The notes below the pieces were generated by a model. That model had not been told where the DNA came from. It did not search any database and was given only the letters and a program-made list of their open reading frames with translations. This document shows positions 10,960-23,660 of a stretch of DNA of 64,000 bases, piece by piece (positions within the stretch are counted from its first letter, which is position 1; each line of letters opens with the position of its first letter). This DNA is from Octopus sinensis. Taxonomy: Eukaryota. Location of the stretch: NCBI RefSeq assembly GCF_006345805.1, contig NC_043014.1:15686001-15750000 (forward strand), written 5' to 3'. The translations under genes and the position numbers were made by a program.

Positions 10960-12260
10960 CACACAACCAGGCCCTTTCAAACGTGCTCCTGATGATGCAA
11001 CACCTGGCCCTACTACCACTACTGGGCCTAAGAACACAACTTCAGGTTACTCAGAACTTCCTTTGCACATTGTCTAACTTTATATATTGCATCCTATGCA
11101 AAAAATGCAGTGCACTCTACATTAATGAAACAGGCCATTATCTTAATGATTACTTTCAGGAGTATATTCAAAACATACTACAATGTAAGCCTAGCCTACT
11201 ACAATACTACATCCCATTTCATCACTCACTTATCAGTGTACAACATCCTTTTCTATTCTAGGCACAAGGCCTGAAATTTTTGGGGAGAGGGCCAGTCGAT
11301 TAGATCGACCCCAGTTTGCAACTGGTACTTAATTTATCGACCCCGAAAAGATGAAAGGCAAAGTCGACCTCAGTGGAATTTGAACTCAGAACATAAAGAC
11401 AGACGAAATACCTATTTCTTTACTACCTACAAGGGGCTAAACACAGAAGGGACAATCAAGGACAGACAAACGGATTAAGTCGATTATATCAACCCCAGTG
11501 TGTAACTGTTACTTATTTAATTGACCCCGAAAGGATGAAAGGCAAAGTCGACCTCGGCGGAATTTGAACTCAGAACATAGCGGCAAACAAAATACTGCTA
11601 AGCGTTTCGCCGGTGTGCTAACGATTCTGCCAGTTTGCAGCCAACATCACCACACACCATATTCTCAAGGAAACAGAGGGAACAAGGTTTCATATCTAAA
11701 CTTGCCACCATGTCACCAACAGGTTTAAATGAACATTTTTTTCTTCTCTTCCTAGACCTCCCCTGACTTCATTAAACCCTTTCTTATCTTTCAGCTCCAC
11801 TCCCACTTTATCTACATTTCACTCTCCACTTCGCTTGTTTGTCCTCATTTCATTGCCCTTTCTTCCTTACTTATCAGTGTGCAACATTACCAAACACTAT
11901 GGATCCATATTCGCATGAAAACGAAGGGAACAATGTTTCATATTCAAACTTAGCATCATGACACCAACAAGTTTAAATGAAGATCTTTCCTTCTAATCCT
12001 ACATATCCCTTTAGTTCGTTAAACCCTTTCTTCTCTTTCATCTCCACTCTCATCTCATCTGTTTCTCTTCATTCCATTGTACTTTTTTCCTCCCTTGTTT
12101 CACTATTTCTCCTACCACTTCTTGCTCACATGGTCCTGTGTTCCTGATCAGTTGCAACCAGTTTTTTTTTTATTAACTTAGAGGATGTCTTTCATTAATT
12201 TTTCCCTTTTGACTTTTCCCCTGAAGAAGGACTTTGTCCAAAATTTTGGAGTTTCCACTC
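10960..12260 (+). mobile_element. Penelope-like element 3' region (GIY-YIG endonuclease plus duplicated 3' end), interrupted by SINEs at 11246-11641
   Basis: FLCTLSNFIYCILCKKCSALYINETG matches the PLE GIY-YIG pattern. An EQGFISKLATMSPTGLNE-type C-terminus occurs twice (about 11670 and 11925). A hammerhead remnant lies at 12221. Confidence 0.8.
11246..11641 (-). mobile_element. Composite of two family-B SINEs (short-tail plus long-tail)
   Basis: Two B bodies in tandem, flanked by CAACATC on both sides (possible TSD). Confidence 0.85.
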
Positions 12261-12296
12261 CTCACAGCATTCTACTTTAACCTATATATAAATATA

Positions 12297-12498
12297 TTTG
12301 GTTGGTGCATAATTATTATGGCCTTTTTTCAATAAATTTTATTCAACAAAAACAATAACAACATTTAACAAAACCTGCTTCCCATTTGCTTGGCAGCTGG
12401 TTGGAATAATCATTTAAATATGTTTTTGTTAAATGTTGTTATTGTTTTTGTTGAATAAAATTTATTGAAAAAAGCCGCAATAATTATGCACCAACCTA

Positions 12499-12499
<1 letters not shown>
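12297..12499. mobile_element. Mariner-derived foldback MITE, 203 bp
   Basis: TA-flanked. Arms of about 85 bp are near-perfect inverted repeats starting TT(T/A)GGTTGGTGCATAATTATT, similar to Hsmar1/MADE1-type TIRs. Confidence 0.88.
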
Positions 12500-12530
<31 letters not shown>

Positions 12531-13734
12531 ATATATTAGCATGGAATACAGATGTTAAATTATGATGATGATGATAATGATGACATGTGTATGTGCATGT
12601 GTGTGTACATGGGTGTGTGTGTGTATGCCCCCCAATTGGCTCCCATGCTGGTGGCACATAAAAAGTACCATCCAAACGTGGTTGATGCCAGTGATGCTTG
12701 ACTGGCTCCCATGCTGGTAGCACATAAAAAGCACCCACTCCACTCTCGGAGTGGTTGGCATTAGGAAGGGCATCCAGCAGTTGAAACCTTGCCAGATTAG
12801 ACTGGGTCTGGTGCAACCTAATGGCTTGCCAGTCCTCAGTCAAACAGTCCAACCCATGCCAGCATGGAGAACGGATGTTAAAACGATGATGATGATGATG
12901 TATATGTGAGACGGTCACAATTGGAAGGCTTTTAATTATAGATCTGCTTCATCAGAACTGACCTACAACAACAAAAACAACAAAGCAAGCCAAGCTAAAA
13001 CAGAAGAAATGGATTGAAACAAAATGCCAAAAAAAAAAATGATAGAAAATAGAAAATAAAAAATAAAAAATAAAAATAAATAAGATTACTTTGTTCGTCA
13101 TAGACATAATTCATTGAGATTTGTTGTCGGTACTCTCACATAATGTTACAAATAATTAGTGGTTGTTATGGAAACATGCAAGCAACCATAAACCATTTAT
13201 TTATAAGGTGGTGCTGCTGTTCTTTTTAATGTTGTTGTTGGAAAAAAAAAATTAATTGAGGTTATTTCTCACCCACACACAAATTAATATTTTGAGCTTA
13301 TTTCTCACCCACACACAGACATTAATATTTTGCAATAATAACATCTAAATCTCTTTCATTCCATGTCTGCCTTCTATTTTGTTGTTGTTTAGGCCGAGGT
13401 CAACCATGACTGAGCAAAACTATGATCAAAGACAATCCAGCCATGGCCGCCACATCTTGTTTTTACAAACAGCATAATTAGGGTAGTCACATTTATCAAT
13501 GTATCTTTTATCGGTTAGTCATTTTAGTTACTGGACTATGGCAATGCTGGGGCACCACCTTGAAGGGTGTCGAACAAATCAACCAAAGTATTTATTCTTT
13601 TAAGCCTATAACTTATACTATCAGTCTCTTTTGCCAAACTGCTAAGTTATGGGAATGTAAACAAACCAACACTGGTTGTCGGAAGATAAACACAAGCACA
13701 CAAACACACACACACACACACCACACACACGAGA

Positions 13735-14035
13735 GCTCCAGCTGATCCAATCAACAGAAGAGCCCACTCATGAAATTAATGTGCAAATGGTGGAGTACTC
13801 CACAGGCATGTGAACCCTTCATGTAGTTCTCTGGGAGACTTAGTCTGTCACAAAATGTGACAAGGCTGGCCCTTTTTTGAATTACATGTACTACTCATTT
13901 TTACCAGCTGAGTGGACTGAAGCAATGTGAAATAAAGTGCCCTGCTCAAGAGCACAACGCATTGCTAGGAATCAAACTCACGACCTTACAATTGTGAGCT
14001 GACTGCCCCTAACCACTAAGCCACATGCCTTCACA
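13735..14035 (-). mobile_element. SINE family D, full length
   Basis: Reverse complement of the element at 1-945. Confidence 0.8.
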
Positions 14036-14877
14036 CAACACACACACACACATATATATATATATGTCACCTTGGGCAAGTGTCTTCTACTATAGCCTCA
14101 GGCCAGCCAAAGCCTTGTAAATGGATTTGGTAGATGGAAACTGAAAGAAGCCTGTTGTATATATACATATATGTGTGTGTGTGTGTGTGTGTTTGTCCCT
14201 CCACCATCACTTGACAACTGATGTTGGTATGTTTACATACCAGTAACGTAGCAGTTCAGCAAAAGAGACCAATAGAATAAGTACCAGGCTTACAAAGAAT
14301 AAGTCCCGGAGTCGATTTCCTTGACTAAAAGGCGGTGCTCCAGCATGGCCACAGTCAAAATGACTGAAACAAGTAAAAGAATAAAAGAACACACACACAC
14401 ATAAAAATATATATATACACACACACACGCACATATATATGTGTGTGTGTGTGTGTGTGTATATATGTATATATATACATACACTCAATAGATTTCCATA
14501 TAATTTCCACCCATCAAATTCACTCACAAGGTACTATAGCAGAAGGTACTTGCCCGAGGTACTGTACAGTGGGACTGAACTTAATACTGCATGCCTGCAA
14601 AGCAAGCTTTGTAACCTCACAGCTATGCCTGCACCAATTTCAACTTTTCCTTTTATTTTAAAAACATTATGAAGCGTGTGTGCGAGTTAAGGGGGATTTG
14701 GCTTCTATTTCTAGTAAACCAAGCAGCTACATAAAGGCTCCTTCGTTGTTGTCATTGTTGCTATCTTCTTTAATGCAGTGCTTTATGCAGATATTAGACA
14801 CTGAAGCTGACATGTAGCAAGCTTCACTTAGCAGAACTCTAACAACAACAAACTTGCACTTCTTTGCTCTCTCACTT

Positions 14878-14981
14878 ACAAACACACTCTCTCTCTCTAT
14901 CTGTCTGTTTCTCCCTTTCTCTTTATCTGTCTATCTGTTTCTCTTTCTCTCTATCTGTTTCTCTCTTTCTCTTTTTCTTTC

Positions 14982-15013
<32 letters not shown>

Positions 15014-15494
15014 CACCCCCACACATTGTATCTCTCTCTTTCTGTCTCTCTTAATCCCTTTTCTGTTACAGACACTCTCTCTAGCTATCTGTCTGTTTCT
15101 CCCTTTCTTTTTCTCTCTATCTGTTTCTCTCTTTCTCTTTCTTTTTCTCTCTCTCTTTCTTTCCCCCCTCTCTCTCTCTTTCTCTTCTCTCTCTCTCCAC
15201 CCCCACACATTGTATCTCTCTCTCTGTCTCTCTTAATCCCTTTTCTCTTATAGACACACTCTCTGCTTTTTTTCTCTAGCAACAGACATGCTCTCTCTCT
15301 CTCTCTCCCTCATTGTCGGTCTCTCTGTCTGCCTGCATGTCTGTCTGGCTCTCACTCTCCACCCCCACACATTGTCTCTCACTCACTCTCTCTTATTCCT
15401 TTTCTTTCACAGACACCCTCTCTACGTCATGCTCTCTTTAGTCACAGACATGCTCTCTCACATTGTCACTATGTCTCCCTCTCTCTCACCCCCA

Positions 15495-15535
<41 letters not shown>

Positions 15536-15540
15536 ACACA
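14878..15540. repeat. (CT)-rich compound array with ~190-bp higher-order units
   Basis: CTCCACCCCCACACATTGT occurs 3 times (about 15011, 15196, 15357), with duplicated flanks. Confidence 0.75.
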
Positions 15541-15947
15541 CTCCTCACTCTCCTCTTACGACATTGATGGTTCATTGAAGAGAAAGACAAGAAGAAGAAA
15601 AGAAAGAAAAAAAGATTAAAGACAAAAGAGAGAAAGGGGGAGAGATAAAGGGTAGGGTCTATGGAGGCAAAGCTAATTCATCCATTGCTGTAATAGTTGC
15701 TATTGAGACTAAAGAATATAATTTTGCTATTCAACAGAGGAAAGAACTGGAATTCTCTGTTGAGAAATGTAATTAACATGGTTATGGTTGAGAGGTTCGT
15801 TAATAATCAGAACATTTACATCAGCAAATATAAAATATTTCATCATCATCACCATCACCATCATCATCGTTGTCGTCATCACTACCATCATCATCATCAT
15901 CACCATCACCATCACCATCACCATCATCATCATCATCATCATCATTA

Positions 15948-16330
15948 GTACTCAACTTCTTTAAGTTCCACTTGGGGAGGAAGGTAAGGGTGAACTTGAT
16001 GGATGGTGAGTGAAAGAGGTGAGAATAGCTTGGGTGAATAGGTTTATTATTTTTTTTCAACATGATCCCATAGGTAGAAGAACACAATGAGGAGAGAGAA
16101 GGAGAGAGGGAGAGAGGGAGAAAGAGAGGGAGAGATAGTGGGGAGAGAGAGAGAGAGAGAGAGAGAGCACTCGCCCTTTTGCAGTCTGTGTAATCCTGGA
16201 TCTGTGGTGTTCTTTGATTGGCACCTGCTCTCCCATCCCACCCCACCAATGGCTGTGTCTCCTTCCCTCTTTGGAATGAATCATTTCATACATTTTGGGA
16301 TACTTTTGTTTCGCTTGACTCTGTTTTACA
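15948..16330 (+). mobile_element. Diverged 3' fragment of a Tx1/L1-clade LINE
   Basis: VLNFFKFHLGRKVRV aligns with LLNFFKYHLKRKVRI of the LINE at 55092-56250. A (GA)n sits at the equivalent 3' UTR position. Confidence 0.6.
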
Positions 16331-16372
16331 TAACAGATTCTGATTCATTAATTTAACACTACTAATTGACAA

Positions 16373-16954
16373 CCGTATTCGATAGCATATAAAACACACT
16401 TTTATCCCAAAAATGTGTCACAAAAAAATTCACTCTGGGTCCTATATGCAAAGTTGGTCCTCTCATATGTTTAAACTTTTATGTCTCTGAATATGTGCTG
16501 CTAAAATAGGAATGTGCCCAATATACCCATGCATCTTTTATGCCATCAAATATGCTCTAATATCAATACAGCCTTGGTTTTTTTATCTGATTATGCAATA
16601 ATTACAGCAACGTTGAACCCTTTATTCGCAATATTACTGAATCTGGAACTTAACTATGGTCTGTCTATAGCACTTATTCAGCATTACCTGACACCTTTGG
16701 GTCTCAATGACACCATTATCTCTTATAACCTCAACTACATACACATATACCATATTTTATGGTATACAAGATACACATTTACCCACCCAACCCTAACAAA
16801 TGTGTCTCAAAACATTACCCTGGGTCCTATATGCAAAGTTGAGTCTTTCATAAGCTTTAATGCACTAAAACTGGGTTTTTTTTTCTTGAACCTGTGCTGC
16901 CAAAATTGGGATGCTTCAAATATGTCTGTGTGTCTTTTATGCCATCAGATATGG
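16373..16954. mobile_element. Two adjacent copies of a Tc1/mariner-superfamily (Tc2/pogo-like) MITE (16373-16556 and 16750-16954)
   Basis: CC(G/A)TATT...ATAYAA termini and their reverse complements. The second copy is TA-flanked. Both share the internal CTGGGTCCTATATGCAAAGTTG. Confidence 0.6.
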
Positions 16955-16959
16955 TATTC

Positions 16960-17370
16960 TTTTATTCTTCTACTTGTTTCAATCATTTGACTGCAGCAAT
17001 GCTGGGGCACCACCTTAGAAGGTTTCTGTAGGTGAAGAAATCAACCCTAGGACTTATTCTTTGTAAGCTAGTACTTATTCTATCTGTCTATTTTGTCAAA
17101 CTGCTAAGTTATGGGGACACAAATACATCAGCATTGGTTGTCAAACAATATCAGTGGGGAGGGGACAAACAGACATACACACAAACACACATGTATGTGT
17201 ATATATATATATATATACGACGGGCTTCTTTCAGTTTCCGTCTACCAAATCCACTCACACTGCTTTGGTCAGCCTGAGGCTATAGTAGAAGACACTTACC
17301 CAAGGTGCCATGCAGTGGAACTGAACCTGGAACCATGTGGTTGGGAAACAAACCTCTTACCACACAGCCA
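16960..17370 (-). mobile_element. SINE family A
   Basis: Full head-to-tail homology with other A copies. Confidence 0.85.
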
Positions 17371-17453
17371 TACCTTCATCTTTTTTTTTCTCTCTAGTTT
17401 CAGCTCAGAGCTGCGGCCATGCTGATGCACTGCTGTTTAAAAAAAATTCTTTG

Positions 17454-17524
17454 TGCATCGGCCGGGAATCGAACCCGGGCCACTCGCATGGCAGGTGAGC
17501 ATTCTACCACTCAGCCACCGATGC
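17454..17524 (-). tRNA. trnG-GCC: tRNA-Gly(GCC), degenerate and possibly a pseudogene
   Basis: GCATCGGTGGCTGAGTGGTAGAATGCTCACCTGCCATGCGAGTGGCCCGGGTTCGATTCCCGGCCGATGCA (71 nt). Acceptor and T stems are perfect, the anticodon is GCC, and a T-run terminator lies about 8 nt downstream. The D-stem has two mismatches and the anticodon stem has one. Confidence 0.9.
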
Positions 17525-17614
17525 ATCTATGTATCATTGTTTAATAATAACAACTATGCATCACTATTTAACAAAAACAATTAACTATGAATCATTACTT
17601 AATAACAACTGACT

Positions 17615-17617
<3 letters not shown>

Positions 17618-17654
<37 letters not shown>

Positions 17655-17681
17655 TACTACTACTACTACTACTATTATTTA

Positions 17682-17730
<49 letters not shown>

Positions 17731-17731
17731 T
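17618..17731. repeat. (TAT)n / (TAC)n microsatellite
   Basis: Direct reading. Confidence 0.95.
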
Positions 17732-17789
17732 ACTAATAACGATTGATTATGTATTTGACACTAGCAGTTGATTATATGAATTATTCAAT

Positions 17790-18400
17790 ACTTGCTTCTG
17801 GTCACACTACTAGCGTTACGCACCTCCTTTAGTGAACCCTATTAGCCCTTATCGAATTATTCTTAACACTCATATTTTAAATGTGCAAACTGGATTTTTG
17901 GTTTCACAAACAACCTTCCTTGTTCAATTCTGTTCACCTTTCTTAATTCAGTTCTCTAATGTTTAGAATTTAGAATTTTTTGTATGAATTTCTGCTATAG
18001 ATTATATTCCAAAACTTTTCTTATTTCTTTTGGTCTTATTGGTGACTGCCTTCCAACAATTCTTTTCCAGGGTTCAACCTCCCTAAATAATATATATTTT
18101 TATAAGTTTTTGATTTTATAATTCATAGTTTTTCACATTTCACCTGATCCAACATGAGTTTTGAAATTATCATTTTTTTTCTGTTCCTCTCCCCAGATGT
18201 ATTACACTTTCGAAATGTTTCTATTTCTAATTTCTATTCCCAACTTTATTTTTAACTTATGTAATGGAATTGACGTATTTTATATACCATACCCCCACTG
18301 AGACTCAATCTAAGATTTATACACACCCCCAGCTCATGGACACTGCAGATTATAACATGAGATTTTACCATTATGTTTTTCATTTTTCCTTTCTCATTTG
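17790..18400 (-). mobile_element. Old Penelope-like GIY-YIG C-terminal fragment (tentative)
   Basis: Fragmentary CYNLQCP-AG-CIN, KYIWG, FKTH and WKRIV motifs in PLE order. A possible hammerhead relic lies at about 17800-17835. Confidence 0.4.
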
Positions 18401-18454
18401 ATCCTTGACATTATTAAAAAAAAATTATTTACTTTCTTCATATATCTACTGTCT

Positions 18455-18769
18455 TTTACTCTCTTTTACTTGTTACAGTCATTTGACTGTGACCATGCTG
18501 GAGCACCACCTTTAGTCGAGCAAATCGACCCCAGGACTATTCTTTGTAAGCCTAGTACTTATTCTATTAGTCTCTTTTGCTAAACCGCTAAGTTACGTGG
18601 ACATAAACACACCAGCATTGGTTGTCAAGCGATGTTGAGGAGACAAACACAGACACACAAAAATACACACACACACACACACACACACACACGTATATAT
18701 ATATATATATAATATATATATATTATATATATATATATATATACATACATACATACATACATACATACA

Positions 18770-18803
<34 letters not shown>

Positions 18804-19210
18804 CGACAGGCCTCTTTCAGTTTCTTATTTCTTTACTGCCCACAAGGGGCTACACACAGAGGGGACAAACAAGGACAGACAAACGGATTAAGTCGATTAT
18901 ATCGACCCCAGTGCATAACTGGTACTTATTTAATCGACCCCGAAAGGATGAAAAGCAAAATTGACCTTGGCGGAATTTGAACTCAGAATGTAGTGGGAGA
19001 TGAAATACCGCTAAGTATTTCACCCGGTGTGCTAACGTTTCTGCCAGCTCGCAGCTTCTTTCATTTCTGTCTACCAAATCCACTCACAAGGCTTTGGTTG
19101 GCCCGAGGCTATAGTTGAAGACACTTGCCCAAGGTGCCATGCAGTGGGAACGAACCTGGAACCATGTGGTTGGTAAGCAAGCTACTTACCATACAGCCAC
19201 TACTGCGCCT
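18455..19210 (-). mobile_element. SINE A with a nested long-tail SINE B (about 18826-19052)
   Basis: The B copy is flanked by a degenerate duplication, C(C/T)TCTTTCA(G)TTTCT. Confidence 0.85.
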
Positions 19211-19479
19211 ACATATATTTCTCCCATTCATTGTTTCTATTACCGATCGGAGTCCACTATATATGAAACTACTATCGCATATTACCTAGGACACAAGTAC
19301 ATCTCATGCTATATACATCCCAAATATGGGAGCATACATACCTGCTGCAGAAAAAGTTCATCTTAAATTTTTATTTCCGCTGCTTGGTGACATTTACTTT
19401 ATCTGTTTATTCTATATCCTTTTATTTCCATCCTCTTCATACTATACATTAGTCTGCCCCTTGGCATTCTGTTTATTTA

Positions 19480-19570
19480 TATAAATGGCTTTGTGTGTAG
19501 GTGTGTATATGCGATACTTATAGAGGTTAGTATATGTGGGTGTCCGTATGTGTATGCATATAAGTATGTG

Positions 19571-19641
<71 letters not shown>

Positions 19642-20436
19642 AGTATATATATAGATATGTATATATGTATATGTGTATGTACATAAGTGCATATACATAT
19701 ATAGGTATCTATATATGGTTGTGTGTATGAATGTGTGAGTCTATGTATATACCTGTGTATGGGTGTATATCTGCAGGCATGTATATGTGTGTATCTGTAC
19801 ATATATATGTGTGTGCATGTGTGTGCATGTAAAAAAAATATATATATATATGTGTTATATGTATATGTATATATCTTTGTATGTATGTGTGTGTGTATAT
19901 TTATGAGGCTATGTACACATAAGTATCTCCATGTCTGTGCATACATATATGTTTGGGTCTGCGTGTTTGTGTATGCATATCTATCGGTGTATGTATGTAT
20001 GTGTGCATATATATATAAATATGTGTATGTGTTTGTGTATTTTTGTATACGTGCATGTACTTGGGTAGATGTGTTGGTTTGTGTGCATAGGTATAGGTGT
20101 GTATGGAGAGAGATTTATGCATATCACCCATACTTCCAGTTTTTTTATAAATTTGATTTAACCATACCTGTATAATTTTATATAGTTCAGAATTAGCATA
20201 TCCAATCTCTAATTTTACCACTAATGTGTGTGCGACTATATATATATATATATATATTATATAATATATATATATATATATATAATATATATATATATAT
20301 ATACATATATACACATACATATATATACATATAACACATACATATATATACATATATATATACATATATACACATACATATATATATACATATATATATA
20401 CATATATACACATACTATATGTATATATATATATAC

Positions 20437-20477
<41 letters not shown>

Positions 20478-20668
20478 TACATATATATATACATATATAC
20501 ACATACATATATGTATATATATATATATACGTTTATATATATATATATATTATATATATATACAATATATATACATATTACACATACATATATGTATATA
20601 TATATATATATACGTATATATATATATATATACATATATACAATATATATACATATATATACATATAT

Positions 20669-20699
<31 letters not shown>

Positions 20700-20756
20700 A
20701 TATATATATATATATAATATATATATAATATATATATAATATATATATATATACAC

Positions 20757-20793
<37 letters not shown>

Positions 20794-20795
20794 TC
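19480..20795. repeat. Compound (TA)/(TG)/(CA) microsatellite block of about 1.3 kb
   Basis: Direct reading. It is the source of the 319-aa Tyr/Ile ORF. Confidence 0.95.
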
Positions 20796-22269
20796 TCATT
20801 ATTTGCCAATAACAATTGATAATATGTTGTTATTGAATAATAGCAATTGACTGTATGCATAGATATTTGGCTGTAAACTTTGACTATAAGTGAATGACAG
20901 TAACAATTTATTTTTTTATCGTAGGAAGATCATTATGTTAATAACAAACACATGCACAGGTTCAATTTTACTTATTTTTTATTTGATGATTGGTTATTCA
21001 TTTAACCAACTTATTCAGTGATCAGTCAACTATGTTTGTCAAAATCCTTTTCTCACTATTTGCAACCTCTTCAAAGACATGCCCTCTCTATTCCAGGTCA
21101 GCTTCAGACCTGAAGCTTTGAAGAGGTCATGAATGCCAACAAAAAAAGATTTGTATAAACACAACTGAGTGATTTATTAACCAAATGATTAATCAAACAA
21201 TTGATTAGGTGGTTGCTTAAATAGGCAACCAAATAACAAAATAAAAAAATGACAAAGTTGAAACAGTGTGTGTGTTTATTATTGGCATAATGACCCTCTC
21301 AAAAGATAAAAATTTGGTTCAACACATAAGTTCACATCAAGAATCTTGTAAATCAGATACAAAATATACAACTGACAATAGCCTACATATAATTATTTGA
21401 CAGTAACACTTGGTTATTTACAAATGACAGTAAGAAATGACTATAAATATTTGACTGATTATATTTAATTATTTGGCTGTAACACTTAACTATATGCAAT
21501 TGACAACAACATTTGACCTGTTGAGAGAGAGGGGGGGGAAAGGGAGAGAGAGGAATTAGGAAAGAGAGAAGGAGAGAGAGAGGGACATAGAGAGATCATG
21601 GTGGTGGTGGTGGTGGTGGTGGTGGTAATTGCATAGTTTAAAAGTGTATATTTTTAATTCAACAAAGTTTTTTTTTATATCAGCAATCACTTAACGCATG
21701 TGCATAAGTGCAATTCAATGAAATATTCAAGCTTATTTACATGGCAGATATATACAATTTAACTAAAGGTTGTATCATATGTTCAGGGTATATATATATT
21801 TTTTTTATTTATGGGGCAAAATGGAGAAATGAGTGAATATTCATTTTATGAGTGCTGTGTATTAGGTCTATAAAATTGTGCATAAAGTATATAAAGTATA
21901 TATATAAAGTGCATTAAGTAATCATCATATTCCAATTTCTTTCACTTTTCAATGAGTAACAGGTGAGTGACTATCTTTCCATAAAGAGACAAGCTATGCT
22001 TTCAGATTTTTTGGATAAAGTTTACAGAAATAACCCAATAGGTTTACCATTAATTCTGTAAAATATTCATGGGTCCCACTAGTTACATATTAACCTGTAT
22101 TTTTTTTATATATTAATGTTACTGTTTACCCCCAGGTCATCTCTTGCTAAGTGGACCTATGATCAAAGAATATATTTTGAACTACATTCTCCAATGTGTT
22201 CTTAGTTCTACAAGGTGCTAAGAGGTATATTGAAGGTAAATTGGTGGTCCTGTACCTAAATTAGAAGCC

Positions 22270-22452
22270 ATTATTATTTGGTTTGACTCAGGTTCGATTT
22301 TATTCCTGGTGGGATTTATGTGAGTAGCAGGTTACTAGCTGTAATCTGAGGTGTCCACAAGTTTTCAGTAGTCTTTCAAGTGCCTGAAACCCTCCTGATA
22401 ATCCTTGCTGTCCCTAAGAGACAAACTTTCTGTAGGAGCTCCATAGTGCATT
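22270..22452 (-). mobile_element. 3' end of an R4/Dong-like (RLE) non-LTR retrotransposon
   Basis: MELLQKVCLLGTARIIRRV resembles the conserved LQKxxLLGTARILR terminus. Flanked by (TAA)n. Confidence 0.65.
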
Positions 22453-22507
22453 TTATCATCATCATTATTATATTATTATTATTATTATTATATTATTATT
22501 ATTATTG

Positions 22508-23050
22508 AGAGAGAGAGAGCAGTGAATGCCATCAAAGAGACACTGGGGTAAACTATATGAACCCAGTATACCCATCATGACTACCCATCTGATAAGGGGA
22601 CACTAGGCACATGCATCACAACCATATGTGTGTGACATGGTGATCTCATATCAAGATAAACAGCATATGACCTTGCAGGTGGAGCCCAGTTAGAATCTTC
22701 TTCAGGTCGAGTAACCCATTCCGCTCAAAAGGTCCCTGTTAAGGATGTTGAACGAAACATCCATGTTTCCAGAGGTGAATTATTCAAACCCTAAAGAATC
22801 CCTCTCAACACATGGCTATGATACTCTCCCACTACTTCTGCTCGTAATCAGAGATGCACATATCGTCAGCCACTAAGGGACATGCTCAACTGGTTAAGGT
22901 CAAACAACTGACAAGCAAATCTGTGGTATTGAGCAGAATATTTGTTGTAGCCCATCTTTTATACCAAGACAAAATAATGTACATGATAACACTTCCAATC
23001 TGTTAAAGTCAGGAGCTATGAGAGCCACTGCCTGGTACTGCATCAAGGCA
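22508..23050 (-). mobile_element. ~540-bp non-coding interspersed repeat embedded in (TAA)n
   Basis: A discrete GC-richer unit bounded by (TAA)n on both sides, with no ORF. Recognised from memory as a recurrent octopus repeat. Confidence 0.5.
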
Positions 23051-23094
23051 TGTATTATCATCATCATTATTATTATTATTATTGTGTTTTAAGG

Positions 23095-23660
23095 CTAAGG
23101 CAGCAAGCTGGCAGGATCGTTAGCAGGCCAGGTAAAATGCTCAGCAGTATTTCATCTACCAAGGTCAACTTTCATCCTTTCGTCCTTTCGGGGTGTCAAT
23201 AAATTGAGTACCAGTTGAGTACCAGGGATGATGTAATTGACTTACTCCCTCCCCAAAGTTGCTGGCCTTGTGCCAAAATTTGAAATCATCATCATGTTTT
23301 AAAGGAGCAAGCTGGCAGAATTGTTAGCACCCCAGGTAAAAATGCCTAACCACATTTCAGCCATCTTTATGTCCTGTGTTCAAATTCCACTGAGGTTAAC
23401 TTTGCCTTTCATCCTTTCAGAGTCAATTAAGTACCAGTGAAACACTTGTGTCGATGTATTTGACTAAAACCCTGCCCCCAAATTTCAGGCCTTGTGCTTA
23501 TAGCAGAAAGGATTATTATTATTATTATCATTATTATTATTATTATTATTATGTTTTAATGTAGCAAGGTGGCAGAATCATAAGTGTGCTTAACAAAGTG
23601 CTTAGCAGCATTTCTTCTGGCTCTACATTCTGAATTCAAATTCTGCCAAGGTTGAATTAG
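23095..23660 (+). mobile_element. Cluster of three family-B SINEs
   Basis: Repeated GCAAG(C/G)TGGCAG heads at about 23102, 23308 and 23566. Confidence 0.8.

Noticed and set aside
16514-16990. 158-aa ORF
   Set aside because: It spans two MITE copies and runs into a SINE tail. No recognisable protein.
19442-20860. ORFs up to 319 aa rich in Tyr/Ile/His
   Set aside because: These are translations of (TA)/(CA)/(TG) microsatellites, which lack stops by construction.
21065-21126. Interrupted 12-bp inverted repeat
   Set aside because: Short, with asymmetric arms. Not distinguishable from a chance or decayed MITE remnant.
21963-22061. 32-codon open frame after a TAACAG acceptor-like site
   Set aside because: Too short, no donor, and expected by chance.
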